A stretch of 64,000 nucleotides of DNA from contig CBDDCX010000007.1 in assembly GCA_965226375.1 (NCBI GenBank), positions 512,001 to 576,000 on the forward strand. Direction: 5' to 3'. How positions within the stretch are numbered: position 1 is the first letter of the stretch; each line of letters opens with the position of its first letter. This DNA is from Longimicrobiales bacterium. GTDB lineage: Bacteria > Gemmatimonadota > Gemmatimonadetes > Longimicrobiales > Gaopeijiaceae. Below are positions 52,057 through 60,935 of the stretch, in pieces. The notes beneath the pieces are model-generated. The model ran no database searches and was not told where the DNA came from. It was given only the letters and a program-made list of their open reading frames with translations. Made by a program: the position numbers and the translations under genes.

Positions 52057-53475
52057 CTAGAGCTTCAGATGTTCTCTCAGGTCCATCTCCGACACGTGCA
52101 GCCTGAACTTATCGGCCTCGACCAACTTGGTCTCCACCAGCTTCCGATGAACGTCGGCGCCGAGCGCGGCCCTGAGGAATTCGCTGTGATCTGCCACGTG
52201 AACCGCCTCGAACAGATCGTGCGGTAGAGCGGTGATGTCGAGCTCCTCCCGCTCGATGGTCGTGAGCTTGTACAGGTCCATCGACATGGGCTCGGGGATT
52301 GGCATTTTCTTGTCCAGCCCGTCCAGGCCCGCGGACAGCATGACGCTGAACGCCAGGTACGGGTTACAGGTCGGATCCGGGAAGCGCAGCTCCATCCGGG
52401 TCGCGACTTCCTTGCCCGGCTTGCAGAGCGGAATCCGTACGGCCGCGGACCGATTGCGCTCGGCCCACGCGATGTAGACGGGAGCCTCGTATCCCGGCAC
52501 CAGACGTTTGTACGAGTTGTGCGTCTGGTTCGTGATTACCGCGATCTCCCTGGAGTGGTCCAGGACGCCGGCAATGAAGTGCTTGGCCGTGGCGCTCAGG
52601 TGGTACTGGTCGCTCTTGTCGTAGAACGCGTTCGTATTCTCGTCCTTGAAGATCGACAAGTGCACGTGCATGCCGCTGCCGTTCTGGTTGGCGATCGGCT
52701 TGGGCATGAACGTGGCGAAAACCCCGCAGCGCCGTGCCACCTCTTTGACGACGTACTTGTACGTCTGGAGGTTGTCGGCCATCCGCAACGCCTCCTGGTA
52801 ACGGATGGCGATCTCGTGCTGAGACGGTCCGACCTCGGAGTGGTGATACTCGACCGGCACGCCCATGGCTTCCAGGGCGAAAACCGTCACCTCGCGAATG
52901 TCGTCTCCCACGTCCACCGGGTTGATGTCGAAGTATCCGGCGTTGTCGAGAAGGGTTGGGCCGGTCTCGTCCTTAAAGTAGAAGAACTCTGCCTCGGGCC
53001 CGATGTTCATGTGGGAGAAGCCGTGTTCGGCCAACCGCTCGAGGTTTTGGGAGAGAATAACCCGCGGGTCCGACTCATACGCGGTCCCGTCGGGATTACG
53101 AGTCTCCGCGAACATCCGAATCGACCGAGAGCCACCGGGCCGGAAGGGGAGTGCCTGCACCGTGGAGGCGATGGGCACGGCGATCATGTCGCTCTCTTGG
53201 ATCCGCCTATACCCCTCGATAGACGATCCATCGAAGCCCATCCCCTCATCGAAAGCTCCCTTGAGCTCCTTGGGCGTGATCGAGCACGACTTGAGGAATC
53301 CGATCATGTCCGTGAACCAGATACGGATCGACGCGATTCCGTACTCTTCGACGTACTTGAGAACCTCGTCGGGCGTACTCAGCGACAGCCCATTTCGAGA
53401 ATCCAGCTCGTCGACGTAGTCCTCCATCTCTTCACGAAACGCTTCGACGTCGTATAAAAGGGCATCGAGGCTCAT
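52057..53475 (-). CDS. glnA: Glutamine synthetase family protein (type I)
   Basis: FDGSSIEG, GPEAEFF, HSEVGPSQHEI, ATFMPKP, NGSGMHVH, NSYKRLVPGYEAP, NRSAAVRIP, ELRFPDPTCNPY. Confidence 0.92.
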   Translation of the reverse strand: MSLDALLYDVEAFREEMEDYVDELDSRNGLSLSTPDEVLKYVEEYGIASIRIWFTDMIGFLKSCSITPKELKGAFDEGMGFDGSSIEGYRRIQESDMIAVPIASTVQALPFRPGGSRSIRMFAETRNPDGTAYESDPRVILSQNLERLAEHGFSHMNIGPEAEFFYFKDETGPTLLDNAGYFDINPVDVGDDIREVTVFALEAMGVPVEYHHSEVGPSQHEIAIRYQEALRMADNLQTYKYVVKEVARRCGVFATFMPKPIANQNGSGMHVHLSIFKDENTNAFYDKSDQYHLSATAKHFIAGVLDHSREIAVITNQTHNSYKRLVPGYEAPVYIAWAERNRSAAVRIPLCKPGKEVATRMELRFPDPTCNPYLAFSVMLSAGLDGLDKKMPIPEPMSMDLYKLTTIEREELDITALPHDLFEAVHVADHSEFLRAALGADVHRKLVETKLVEADKFRLHVSEMDLREHLKL

Positions 53476-53658
53476 GGGTACAACTCCTCCGGGTGCTGGG
53501 TGGGGAAGGGAATCAAACGAAGGGGACTGTACGTCCCTAAAAGCGAAAACCAGGCCGGAGGAGACACTTCCTCCAGGGCCTGGTCGGGAAAATCCAACCG
53601 AGGGTCGACGGCCCTCATAGGGCCCCTCTCGACGGCAAAATCATGTGCGGCACGTGCG

Positions 53659-53687
53659 ATGATAGATAAGGCTCTGATGCGTGTCAA
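53659..53687 (-). promoter_or_regulatory. Near-consensus sigma70 promoter for glnA
   Basis: TTGACA-17 nt-TATCAT on the minus strand. Confidence 0.7.
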
Positions 53688-53823
53688 CCTTTGCGTACGC
53701 CACCGGCGCCAAAGTGCGGGAACGACGTACTCGAGATGGTTGCTCCCGTGCTTTGGCACTGCCACTTTTCGTAGGCGTTCACCTCATAATCGTGTTCTGT
53801 GTCATGTATGAGTCGGAGACTTC

Positions 53824-54885
53824 ATGGAAAATTTTCTGAGCCAATCGTTCTTGGGAAACACCGCTCTGGAGTGGATCATAGGGTTTGGCGTCGCGGTAGG
53901 TGTGTGGGTTGCGGTTCGAATCGCGGTCCGGATTTTGTTGAACCGGATGAAAGCGCTGGCTGCCAAGACCGAGACCGACATAGACGATCTCGTAACCGAG
54001 CTTCTCGAGAAGACGAAGGGGCTCTTCGTTGCCCTGGTCGCGCTCTACGCCGGTGCCCGCAGCCTTCAACTTTCGGTCGGGATGGACGCACTGATGACGC
54101 GACTCTTCATCCTCGGCTTCATTATTCAGGGAGCGTATTGGGCGAACGGCATCGTCAACTACATTCTCGGGAGCTGGGCCAAGAAAAAATTCGAGTCGGA
54201 TCCCACCATCACCACGGCACTCGGCTCGGTGGGATTCCTCATCCGACTCGCGGTGTGGGCGACCTTTGGCATGCTGGCCCTGGACAACCTGGGTATCGAC
54301 ATCGGTCCCATGGTGGCTGGACTGGGGATCGGAGGCCTGGCTCTGGGTCTGGCTCTGCAGGGCACGTTGTCCGATCTGTTCGCTTCGTTTTCCATCGTCT
54401 TCGATCGGCCCTTTACGGTGGGCGACTATATCCAGGTCGGCTCGCTGGCGGGCACCGTGGAGCACGTCGGGCTCAAGACCACTCGGGTCAAGTCACTCAC
54501 GGGGGAGCAGCTCGTATTCTCCAATTCGGACCTGCTCGGAAGCCGGATTCAGAATTTCCAACGTCGAGCCGAGCGGCGCTGCGCCTTTACGCTGGGGGTA
54601 ACCTACGATACGAGGCCGGATCAGCTGGAGCGGATTCCTAGTCTGATCCAGGAGATTATCGAAAGTCATGATCACACCCGATTCGATCGGTCTTTTTTCA
54701 TGACGTTCGGCGACTCGGCTCTGAACATCGATACGGTGTACTACATGAACGTCCCGGACTTCGCGACGTACGGAGCCACACACCACTCCATCAACATCGA
54801 GATATTCAAGCGCTTCGCTCAGGAAGGAATCGAGTTCGCGTACCCCACCCAGACGATTCATGTGGAGGGAGTGGGGAGGACCTAG
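53824..54885 (+). CDS. Small-conductance mechanosensitive channel (MscS family)
   Basis: AGLGIGGLALGLALQ, DRPFTVGDYI, GTVEHVGLKTTR, GIEFAYPTQT. Confidence 0.93.
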   Translation: MENFLSQSFLGNTALEWIIGFGVAVGVWVAVRIAVRILLNRMKALAAKTETDIDDLVTELLEKTKGLFVALVALYAGARSLQLSVGMDALMTRLFILGFIIQGAYWANGIVNYILGSWAKKKFESDPTITTALGSVGFLIRLAVWATFGMLALDNLGIDIGPMVAGLGIGGLALGLALQGTLSDLFASFSIVFDRPFTVGDYIQVGSLAGTVEHVGLKTTRVKSLTGEQLVFSNSDLLGSRIQNFQRRAERRCAFTLGVTYDTRPDQLERIPSLIQEIIESHDHTRFDRSFFMTFGDSALNIDTVYYMNVPDFATYGATHHSINIEIFKRFAQEGIEFAYPTQTIHVEGVGRT

Positions 54886-55001
54886 GGGGTCCTTGGGGAG
54901 GACCTGGGCGTCCTCGGAGAGGACCTAGGGGGTCCTTGGGGAGGACCTGGGGCGTCCTCGGGGAGGACCTGGGCGTCCTCGGGGAGGACCTGGGCGTCCT
55001 C
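54873..55001. repeat. Six contiguous 21-22-nt palindromic units (GAGGAC-N7/8-GTCCTY)
   Basis: Units start at 54873, 54895, 54916, 54938, 54960 and 54981. Confidence 0.92.
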
Positions 55002-56219
55002 GTTGCCGCCGGGCACCAACATGACGTACTCGACACGGCGGCCTCGCATCTTCGTGATACGGAGCCGTCCGCCTTCGACTTCCACGACGTCTCCGACCTG
55101 CCCCACACGGTTCAGGGCCCCGAACACGAAACCGCCCAGGGTGTCGTGGGGATCTTCGGGCAGGTTGAGGCTCAAGTGGTCGTTCACCTCTCGGACGGGG
55201 ACGCCTCCCCAGATCCGAACGTAGCCGTCCGCTAGCTCCTGAAAGTGGAGGGGCTCGTCCTCTTCATGCTCGTCCTGAATCTCTCCGATGATTTCTTCGA
55301 TGAGATCCTCCAGGGTCACCAACCCCGCCGTACCCCCGAACTCGTCCACGACGATGGCCATCTTGGTCCTATTGGTGCGCATCTGGGGAATGAGGTCCTC
55401 TACCAGCTTGGTGGTCGGTACGAACTGGATCGGACGCACGAGGGCTGAGAAGTCCTCCAGGCCGTCCCGATCACCACGCCAGAGGTCCCGGGCCACGAGC
55501 AGCCCTTCGATCTTGTCGAGCGAATCCTGATAGACGGGCACACGGAGATGTCCCTCATCGAGCATGACGGCCATGGCCTCCCGGACCGAGGCGCGGCCCG
55601 GCACCGCGATCATGTCGGTCCTGGGTGTCATGACCTCCCCGACCGTGACCTCGTCGAGACGGATGACGTTGGTTACCACCTTCCACTCGTCCTCGTCGAT
55701 GGTGCCCTCGCTGTAACCGATTTGCGCCAGTACCTCGAGCTCAGCGCGGCTGGTCGTCGAGCCCTTGGAGCCTCGGAGCATCTGGCTGAAGAGGTTGAGG
55801 GGCACCAAGATCGGCTTCATCAGGAAGACCATCCAATGCAGGACGTAGGCAGATGGTCTTGCGAGCTTCTGCCAGAACACGGCCCCGATCGTCTTGGGCA
55901 CGATTTCGGAAAAGAGCAGGATGATCAGGGTCAGTACCCCGGTGAACACCCCGATCCAGGCCTCGCCGAAGACACGGGCAGCGATGGAGCCGCCGAGCGC
56001 CGCGCCTGCTGTATGTGCAATGGTGTTGAGTGTCAGGATCGCCGCGATAGGCTCGTCGATCCTGTCTCGCATTACGCTCAGATAGTCCCCGGCTTTGGAC
56101 CCCTGCTCGCGGAGAAGCTCCACAGAGGAGTGTGTCACAGAGAGGAGTACGGCTTCCAGGATGGAACAAAGGAAGGAGACGGAGAGGGATACCCCGAGGA
56201 CCCACAGCAGTGTTGTCAT
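54882..56219 (-). CDS. CNNM/TlyC-family membrane protein (DUF21, CBS pair, CorC domain)
   Basis: SFLCSILEAVLLS, ILTLNTIAHT, SEIVPKT, VMTPRTD, VVDEFGGTAGLVTLEDLIEEIIGEIQDEH. Confidence 0.92.
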   Translation of the reverse strand: MTTLLWVLGVSLSVSFLCSILEAVLLSVTHSSVELLREQGSKAGDYLSVMRDRIDEPIAAILTLNTIAHTAGAALGGSIAARVFGEAWIGVFTGVLTLIILLFSEIVPKTIGAVFWQKLARPSAYVLHWMVFLMKPILVPLNLFSQMLRGSKGSTTSRAELEVLAQIGYSEGTIDEDEWKVVTNVIRLDEVTVGEVMTPRTDMIAVPGRASVREAMAVMLDEGHLRVPVYQDSLDKIEGLLVARDLWRGDRDGLEDFSALVRPIQFVPTTKLVEDLIPQMRTNRTKMAIVVDEFGGTAGLVTLEDLIEEIIGEIQDEHEEDEPLHFQELADGYVRIWGGVPVREVNDHLSLNLPEDPHDTLGGFVFGALNRVGQVGDVVEVEGGRLRITKMRGRRVEYVMLVPGGNEDAQVLPEDAQVLPEDAPGPPQGPPRSSPRTPRSSPRTP

Positions 56220-56379
56220 ACACGCACAGTATTGGAGGAAGACAGGGCCAAAGACAAGGGCGAGCGGGCCTGGCGCCTACTGCCGGGTCGCCCTACTCTT
56301 CGCCGAGATCCGGCAGATCACCCGGGTTCGCTCGCAAAAACCGTGATTTGTTTCCGCTCCAGGGGATGTCGGCCCGTCG

Positions 56380-57832
56380 ATGATTGTGCATGCCAGGAAA
56401 GACACTTCCTTCGAGGCCCACCCCATCGAAGAGGTGGAGCGTGCGCTCAATCTGGAGGAGGCTGACCGCGAGGACCTGCAGGGGCTATACCGCTTCAACA
56501 CCGTCCGGGTCCCGGCTCTTCGCTTAATCGGGTCCAACGTCCTTCTGTTTGTCGTGGCGGTTCACAACCTCCTCGTTTTCGGGGAGCTGGATTTTGCCAC
56601 CTACTTGCCCCTGGTCATCGGCCTGGAGCTCTACTGTCTCGTCTCCTGGGGATTGCTGCGGGTGTACTTCACCCGTGTCTCGGCTGTCCACCTGGGGGAC
56701 ATTTTTCTTGTCTTCGATCTCGTTATGTGGAGCTGGGCCATCTCCGCCAGCGGGGGGGCGCAGAGCTTGCTTTGGCCAGTGTTTCTGCTGCATACCGCGG
56801 ATCAGCTCTGGCTGAACCGGGCGCGAGCCCGGGTGATGGCGGGACTGGGGCCGCTGGCCTATGCGGGGCTGCTGGCCTATTGGGCGTTGGTGGCGGGCCA
56901 GGATGTGGTGTGGGGCGCCGAGGCGGCCAAGCTGATCGTGCTCGTCACCATGAACATCTTCATGGTGCTCGTGGCCGAAGGCCCATGGCACCAACGAGAG
57001 AGAACGCATGCGGCCAGAGACCTCATTCTTCGGCTCGAAGAACAGTCGGGGGAACTCGATGCCGCCCGGCGTCGCGCAGAGGCAGCCAATGAAGCCAAGA
57101 GTGAGTTCCTGGGCAGGATGAGCCATGAGCTGCGCACCCCTCTCCACTCGGTGTTGGGGTTCACGAACGTCCTGCTCAGAAACAAACACCTGAGCCTCGA
57201 GTCCCGCGACCTGGATTACCTGCAGCGCATACGCGTCAACGCGATGCACCTGCTGAATCTGATCAACGACCTGCTGGATCTGGCGCGCATCGAAGAAGGG
57301 GGCCTCAAGTTGGAGCTAAGCGAGGTGGATGCGGCGTCTCTTATCCGCGAGACGGTCGAGCAACTCGACGATTGGGGGCTGATGGACGACGTGGCCGTCC
57401 AGGTCGAGACGCCGGACCACGGCCATCCTATTCGGGCGGATGAATCGCGGCTGCGTCAGGTATTGATCAAGCTCATCGGGAACGCCATCAAGTTCACGGA
57501 TGAGGGATCCATCACCGTGATTATGGACACGGTCGACCGAGTTCCGAAGGCGATCCGTGTGGAAGACACCGGTGTGGGCATTCCCTCGGATCGCTTGGCC
57601 ACGATTTTCGACGCATTCGAGCAGGGCGACGGTAGCACCACACGGGTCCACTACGGCGCCGGCCTGGGGTTGGCTGATCTCCCGGTCACTGTGCGAGCTC
57701 ATGGGAATGCAGCTCTCGGCCCAGAGCACGCTTGGTGAGGGATCGACGTTCACGATTACGATCCCCGAGCGCCTGGTCGTGAAGGAGAACCTGTCGCCGG
57801 CCGAGGACGTGTCGCCTACCGCCGGTGGCTGA
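56380..57832 (+). pseudogene. Membrane sensor histidine kinase with a +1 frameshift just after the G2 box
   Basis: MSHELRTPL, GNAIKFT, DTGVGI, GAGLGLA; the expected ISRSLCELMG...GEGSTFTITIP continues in another frame to 57832. Confidence 0.85.
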
Positions 57833-60800
57833 GCGCCGCGGTCCCCGGTTTGCGCTGCTTGAGTCCCTTGGCCGATCAGCCAAGGCCCACCCCCTCTCCC
57901 GGAAAATCCTGATATCGACCACGTTCGGAGAGGGCAGTGAGCTTCTCCGTGCGCTCGCGCTACACGAGGAGAGTTGGGCGGGTTTCGAGGTCACCACGCC
58001 GGGCCGGCTGGCGGCCCAGATCGCCGGCCCGGACCTGGCCTCCCGAGGGCTGGCGACCCTCGACCCGTTCGGTCAAAGGGCGCTGGTGGATCGCGCTATG
58101 GATGGAGTGTTTGCGACGGACGAGTGGCCCGAGCTCGGGGTTCTCGAGCATGGTGTGGGCTTTCGCGAAGCGGTCCTGGGGGTGGTGTCGGCCCTCCGGC
58201 TGGCCGGAGTGGCCCCGGCCTCCGTTGCTGGGGCGTCGGCGCGCCGAGGTTTCCTGGCCGAGGTACTTGATTCGTACGAGACCACCTTGGCCGAGCGAGA
58301 GTTGGCGGATCCCGCCGAGGTGCTGCGCCGGGCCACGGAGGTCGTCACCCGCGGCGGTTCGAGCGACGCGGACGGAGCCGTCCTTCTGCTCTTGCCCGGA
58401 CTGAGTTCAAGGGGTGTCACCGGGCGCTTCGTCGAGGTCCTGCAGGAGCGAGGCGCAACGGTTCTCGCTACCGATCCGGTCGTGGGGATACATGCTCCCG
58501 CGACGATCGTTTGGAAGGCGGTTCCGGCGAGGGGCCGCTTCTCATTCCTTCACGCCCCGGATCAGGCGCCGGAGACGGATGCACTACCCGATGTTGAGAT
58601 GTTCTCGGCGGCCAGCGTCCGCGACGAGCTCCGCGAGGTGCTGCGGCGCACGATGTCGAGTGGGCGCCGCTGGGACGACATCGAGATCGTCACTCCCGAT
58701 CCGAATACGTACGGTGCGGTCCTGGACGCCCTCTCCCATCAGTTGAGGATCCCCTGCAGCTTCGGTGTGGGACTGGCCATCGGACGCACCCGGCCGGGCC
58801 GGGCCATGGACGGCTACCTACGCTGGATCGAGAACGGGTTTCCGGCGGAGGTGCTGCGAGGCCTCCTCGAGGCCGGTGACCTCGAGGCTCCGGCCGAATA
58901 CGAAGGTGTGTCCTCCGCGGCGTTGTCCCGCAGGCTGCGGCGACTGCGTGTCGGATGGGGCCGCTCCCGCTATCTGCCCGCTATCCGGGCCGCGCTGGCA
59001 CTCGCGCAAGAGGAGGTGGAAGGCCACAACGTGAAGCCCTTCCGCGATGAGGCGCCTGAAGAGGCTCAAGCGCGCGGAGAGCAGCGTGTGCGGGAGTTGA
59101 AGGCTCTCGAGTCGCTCGTCGCTGTTCTCGACCAGGCCACCCCATGGACTCCCCGACCTCTCGTGCTGGATGGCGGAAGCGTATCGGCGGCGGAGCTGGC
59201 CCGAGGGGTCCAGGTTTTCTTGCGACTCGTGCCGGAAGGCGAGGGGGCAGACGTGGTGGGACGTGAAGACCTGCTCGGTCGCCTGGCCCGCATCTCCGAG
59301 ACGCTCACTCGGAAGACGTCGTTCGATGCGGCAATGGCCGCGCTTCGCAGTCACCTCGATATTCGGGTCCGAGCCGCGTGGGACGAAGGATCCCCCCCAT
59401 GGAAGTCCACGGGCGGGCACGTCCATCTCACCGACCTGGCCCACGGAGGATATACCGGGAGAGGGACCACGTTCATCGTGGGACTGGATGCCGGTCGCTT
59501 TCCGGGAGCCGGCGCCCAGGACCCGGTGCTTCTCGATGTCGATCGCAGGGAACTGGCCTCGGACCTGCCGACTTCAGCGGACAGGCTCTCCGAGCGGCGG
59601 TTTCAGCTAGCTGCGCTCCTGGCCAGGACCCGGGGACGTGTGACCGCGAGTTATACCGCCTGGGACTCAGCTGAGGCCCGTGTCGTTCAGCCATCGACCG
59701 TGCTTCTCGACATGTTCAGGCTCTGGAAAGGTCGGCCCGAAGCCACGTTCGAAGATTTCCACGAAACGGTGGGAGAGCCCGTCTGTGCGATTCCGCGCTC
59801 GGGGCCCTTGGATGGTATCGACGTGTGGCTCGACGCGTTGGCTGGTGACAGCGGCTTCCTCCGTGGCGAAGAGGCGTTGGCGGAGGCTTTTCCCGGATTA
59901 CGTTCCGGATTGGAGGCCAGAGCACAGCGGGCAATGGACGAGGCGTCGGCTCATCACGGGTTGGTGACACCCCGTGCCGAAGTCATGGACCCGCGTGCGA
60001 ACCCGCTCATCGTGGTCTCAGCGACGCGACTCGAGGCTCTGGGTGCCTGCCCACTCAGGTACCTACTTCGGTACGGCATCGGTCTGCGTCCTCCCGACGA
60101 TCCGTCGCTCGACCCGGAGCGATGGTTGGATCACATGCAACGAGGCGCCTTCCTCCATCGGGTCTTCGAGAGAGTACTGACCACGGCTCGGGAGACGGAT
60201 ATCGAGCCGGAGGACCCTGCCTTCCTCGACGTGGGGATTGCCGTTTTGGAGCGGGAAGCCGAACGGCTGAGAACTACGGTGCCGGTTCCCAATGAGGCCG
60301 TGTACGCGCATGGGTTGGCGCTCCTCAGAGAGGATATCCGATCCTTCACGGACTTCGTGCGAGAACGCGGAGCGCCGTGGGTACGGCTCGAGATGAAGTT
60401 CGGCCGGGACGATTCGCCTCCGGTGGAAGTGGGGGTAGGTGAGGACTCGATCTCGGTTCAAGGTGCCATAGACCGGGTCGATCGAGACGAAGAGGGTCTT
60501 CACATTCTGGACTACAAGACCGGTGGTCTCTACGGGTTCACGCCCGCATCGGCCGTGTTCAACGGCGGTCGAAGAATGCAGCACGTGATCTACGCGGAGG
60601 TCGCGGAGAGAGTGCTGGATGAGGGAGTGGCGGACATCTCGTACGCCTTCCCGACCGCCCGCGGGCAAAACGACGCACGAACGTTCACCCGTGAGGAGGT
60701 GCGTTCTGGGGTGGAGTTGCTCGGGGTGATGCTGGACCAGGTGGCTGCGGGGCGACTTCTGCCGACCAACGACCCGTCGGACTGCGGCATCTGTGACTTC

Positions 60801-60935
60801 CGGCCCGTGTGCAAAGTCACCGATAGTGACTGGAACTATACGTCACCGTTGGCCGAGTGGGGGGAGCGCAACATGCTTCTCCTCCGGGAATACGCCGGGC
60901 TCCGCCGCATCCGGACCTGGGAGGATACGCGGTGA
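57825..60935 (+). CDS. addB: AddB-like subunit (helicase-like scaffold plus PD-(D/E)XK nuclease with Fe-S cysteines)
   Basis: SATRLEALGACP, GAIDRVD, ILDYKTG, CGICDFRPVC; coupled to a UvrD-like gene. Confidence 0.8.
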   Translation: MAERRGPRFALLESLGRSAKAHPLSRKILISTTFGEGSELLRALALHEESWAGFEVTTPGRLAAQIAGPDLASRGLATLDPFGQRALVDRAMDGVFATDEWPELGVLEHGVGFREAVLGVVSALRLAGVAPASVAGASARRGFLAEVLDSYETTLAERELADPAEVLRRATEVVTRGGSSDADGAVLLLLPGLSSRGVTGRFVEVLQERGATVLATDPVVGIHAPATIVWKAVPARGRFSFLHAPDQAPETDALPDVEMFSAASVRDELREVLRRTMSSGRRWDDIEIVTPDPNTYGAVLDALSHQLRIPCSFGVGLAIGRTRPGRAMDGYLRWIENGFPAEVLRGLLEAGDLEAPAEYEGVSSAALSRRLRRLRVGWGRSRYLPAIRAALALAQEEVEGHNVKPFRDEAPEEAQARGEQRVRELKALESLVAVLDQATPWTPRPLVLDGGSVSAAELARGVQVFLRLVPEGEGADVVGREDLLGRLARISETLTRKTSFDAAMAALRSHLDIRVRAAWDEGSPPWKSTGGHVHLTDLAHGGYTGRGTTFIVGLDAGRFPGAGAQDPVLLDVDRRELASDLPTSADRLSERRFQLAALLARTRGRVTASYTAWDSAEARVVQPSTVLLDMFRLWKGRPEATFEDFHETVGEPVCAIPRSGPLDGIDVWLDALAGDSGFLRGEEALAEAFPGLRSGLEARAQRAMDEASAHHGLVTPRAEVMDPRANPLIVVSATRLEALGACPLRYLLRYGIGLRPPDDPSLDPERWLDHMQRGAFLHRVFERVLTTARETDIEPEDPAFLDVGIAVLEREAERLRTTVPVPNEAVYAHGLALLREDIRSFTDFVRERGAPWVRLEMKFGRDDSPPVEVGVGEDSISVQGAIDRVDRDEEGLHILDYKTGGLYGFTPASAVFNGGRRMQHVIYAEVAERVLDEGVADISYAFPTARGQNDARTFTREEVRSGVELLGVMLDQVAAGRLLPTNDPSDCGICDFRPVCKVTDSDWNYTSPLAEWGERNMLLLREYAGLRRIRTWEDTR

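Noticed and set aside
53640..53770. Sigma54 promoter for glnA
   Set aside because: The GGCAC-like hits lack a correctly spaced TTGC or are on the wrong strand; a sigma70 match is much better.
54873..55001. CRISPR array
   Set aside because: Units are contiguous with no unique spacers, and no cas genes are in the window.
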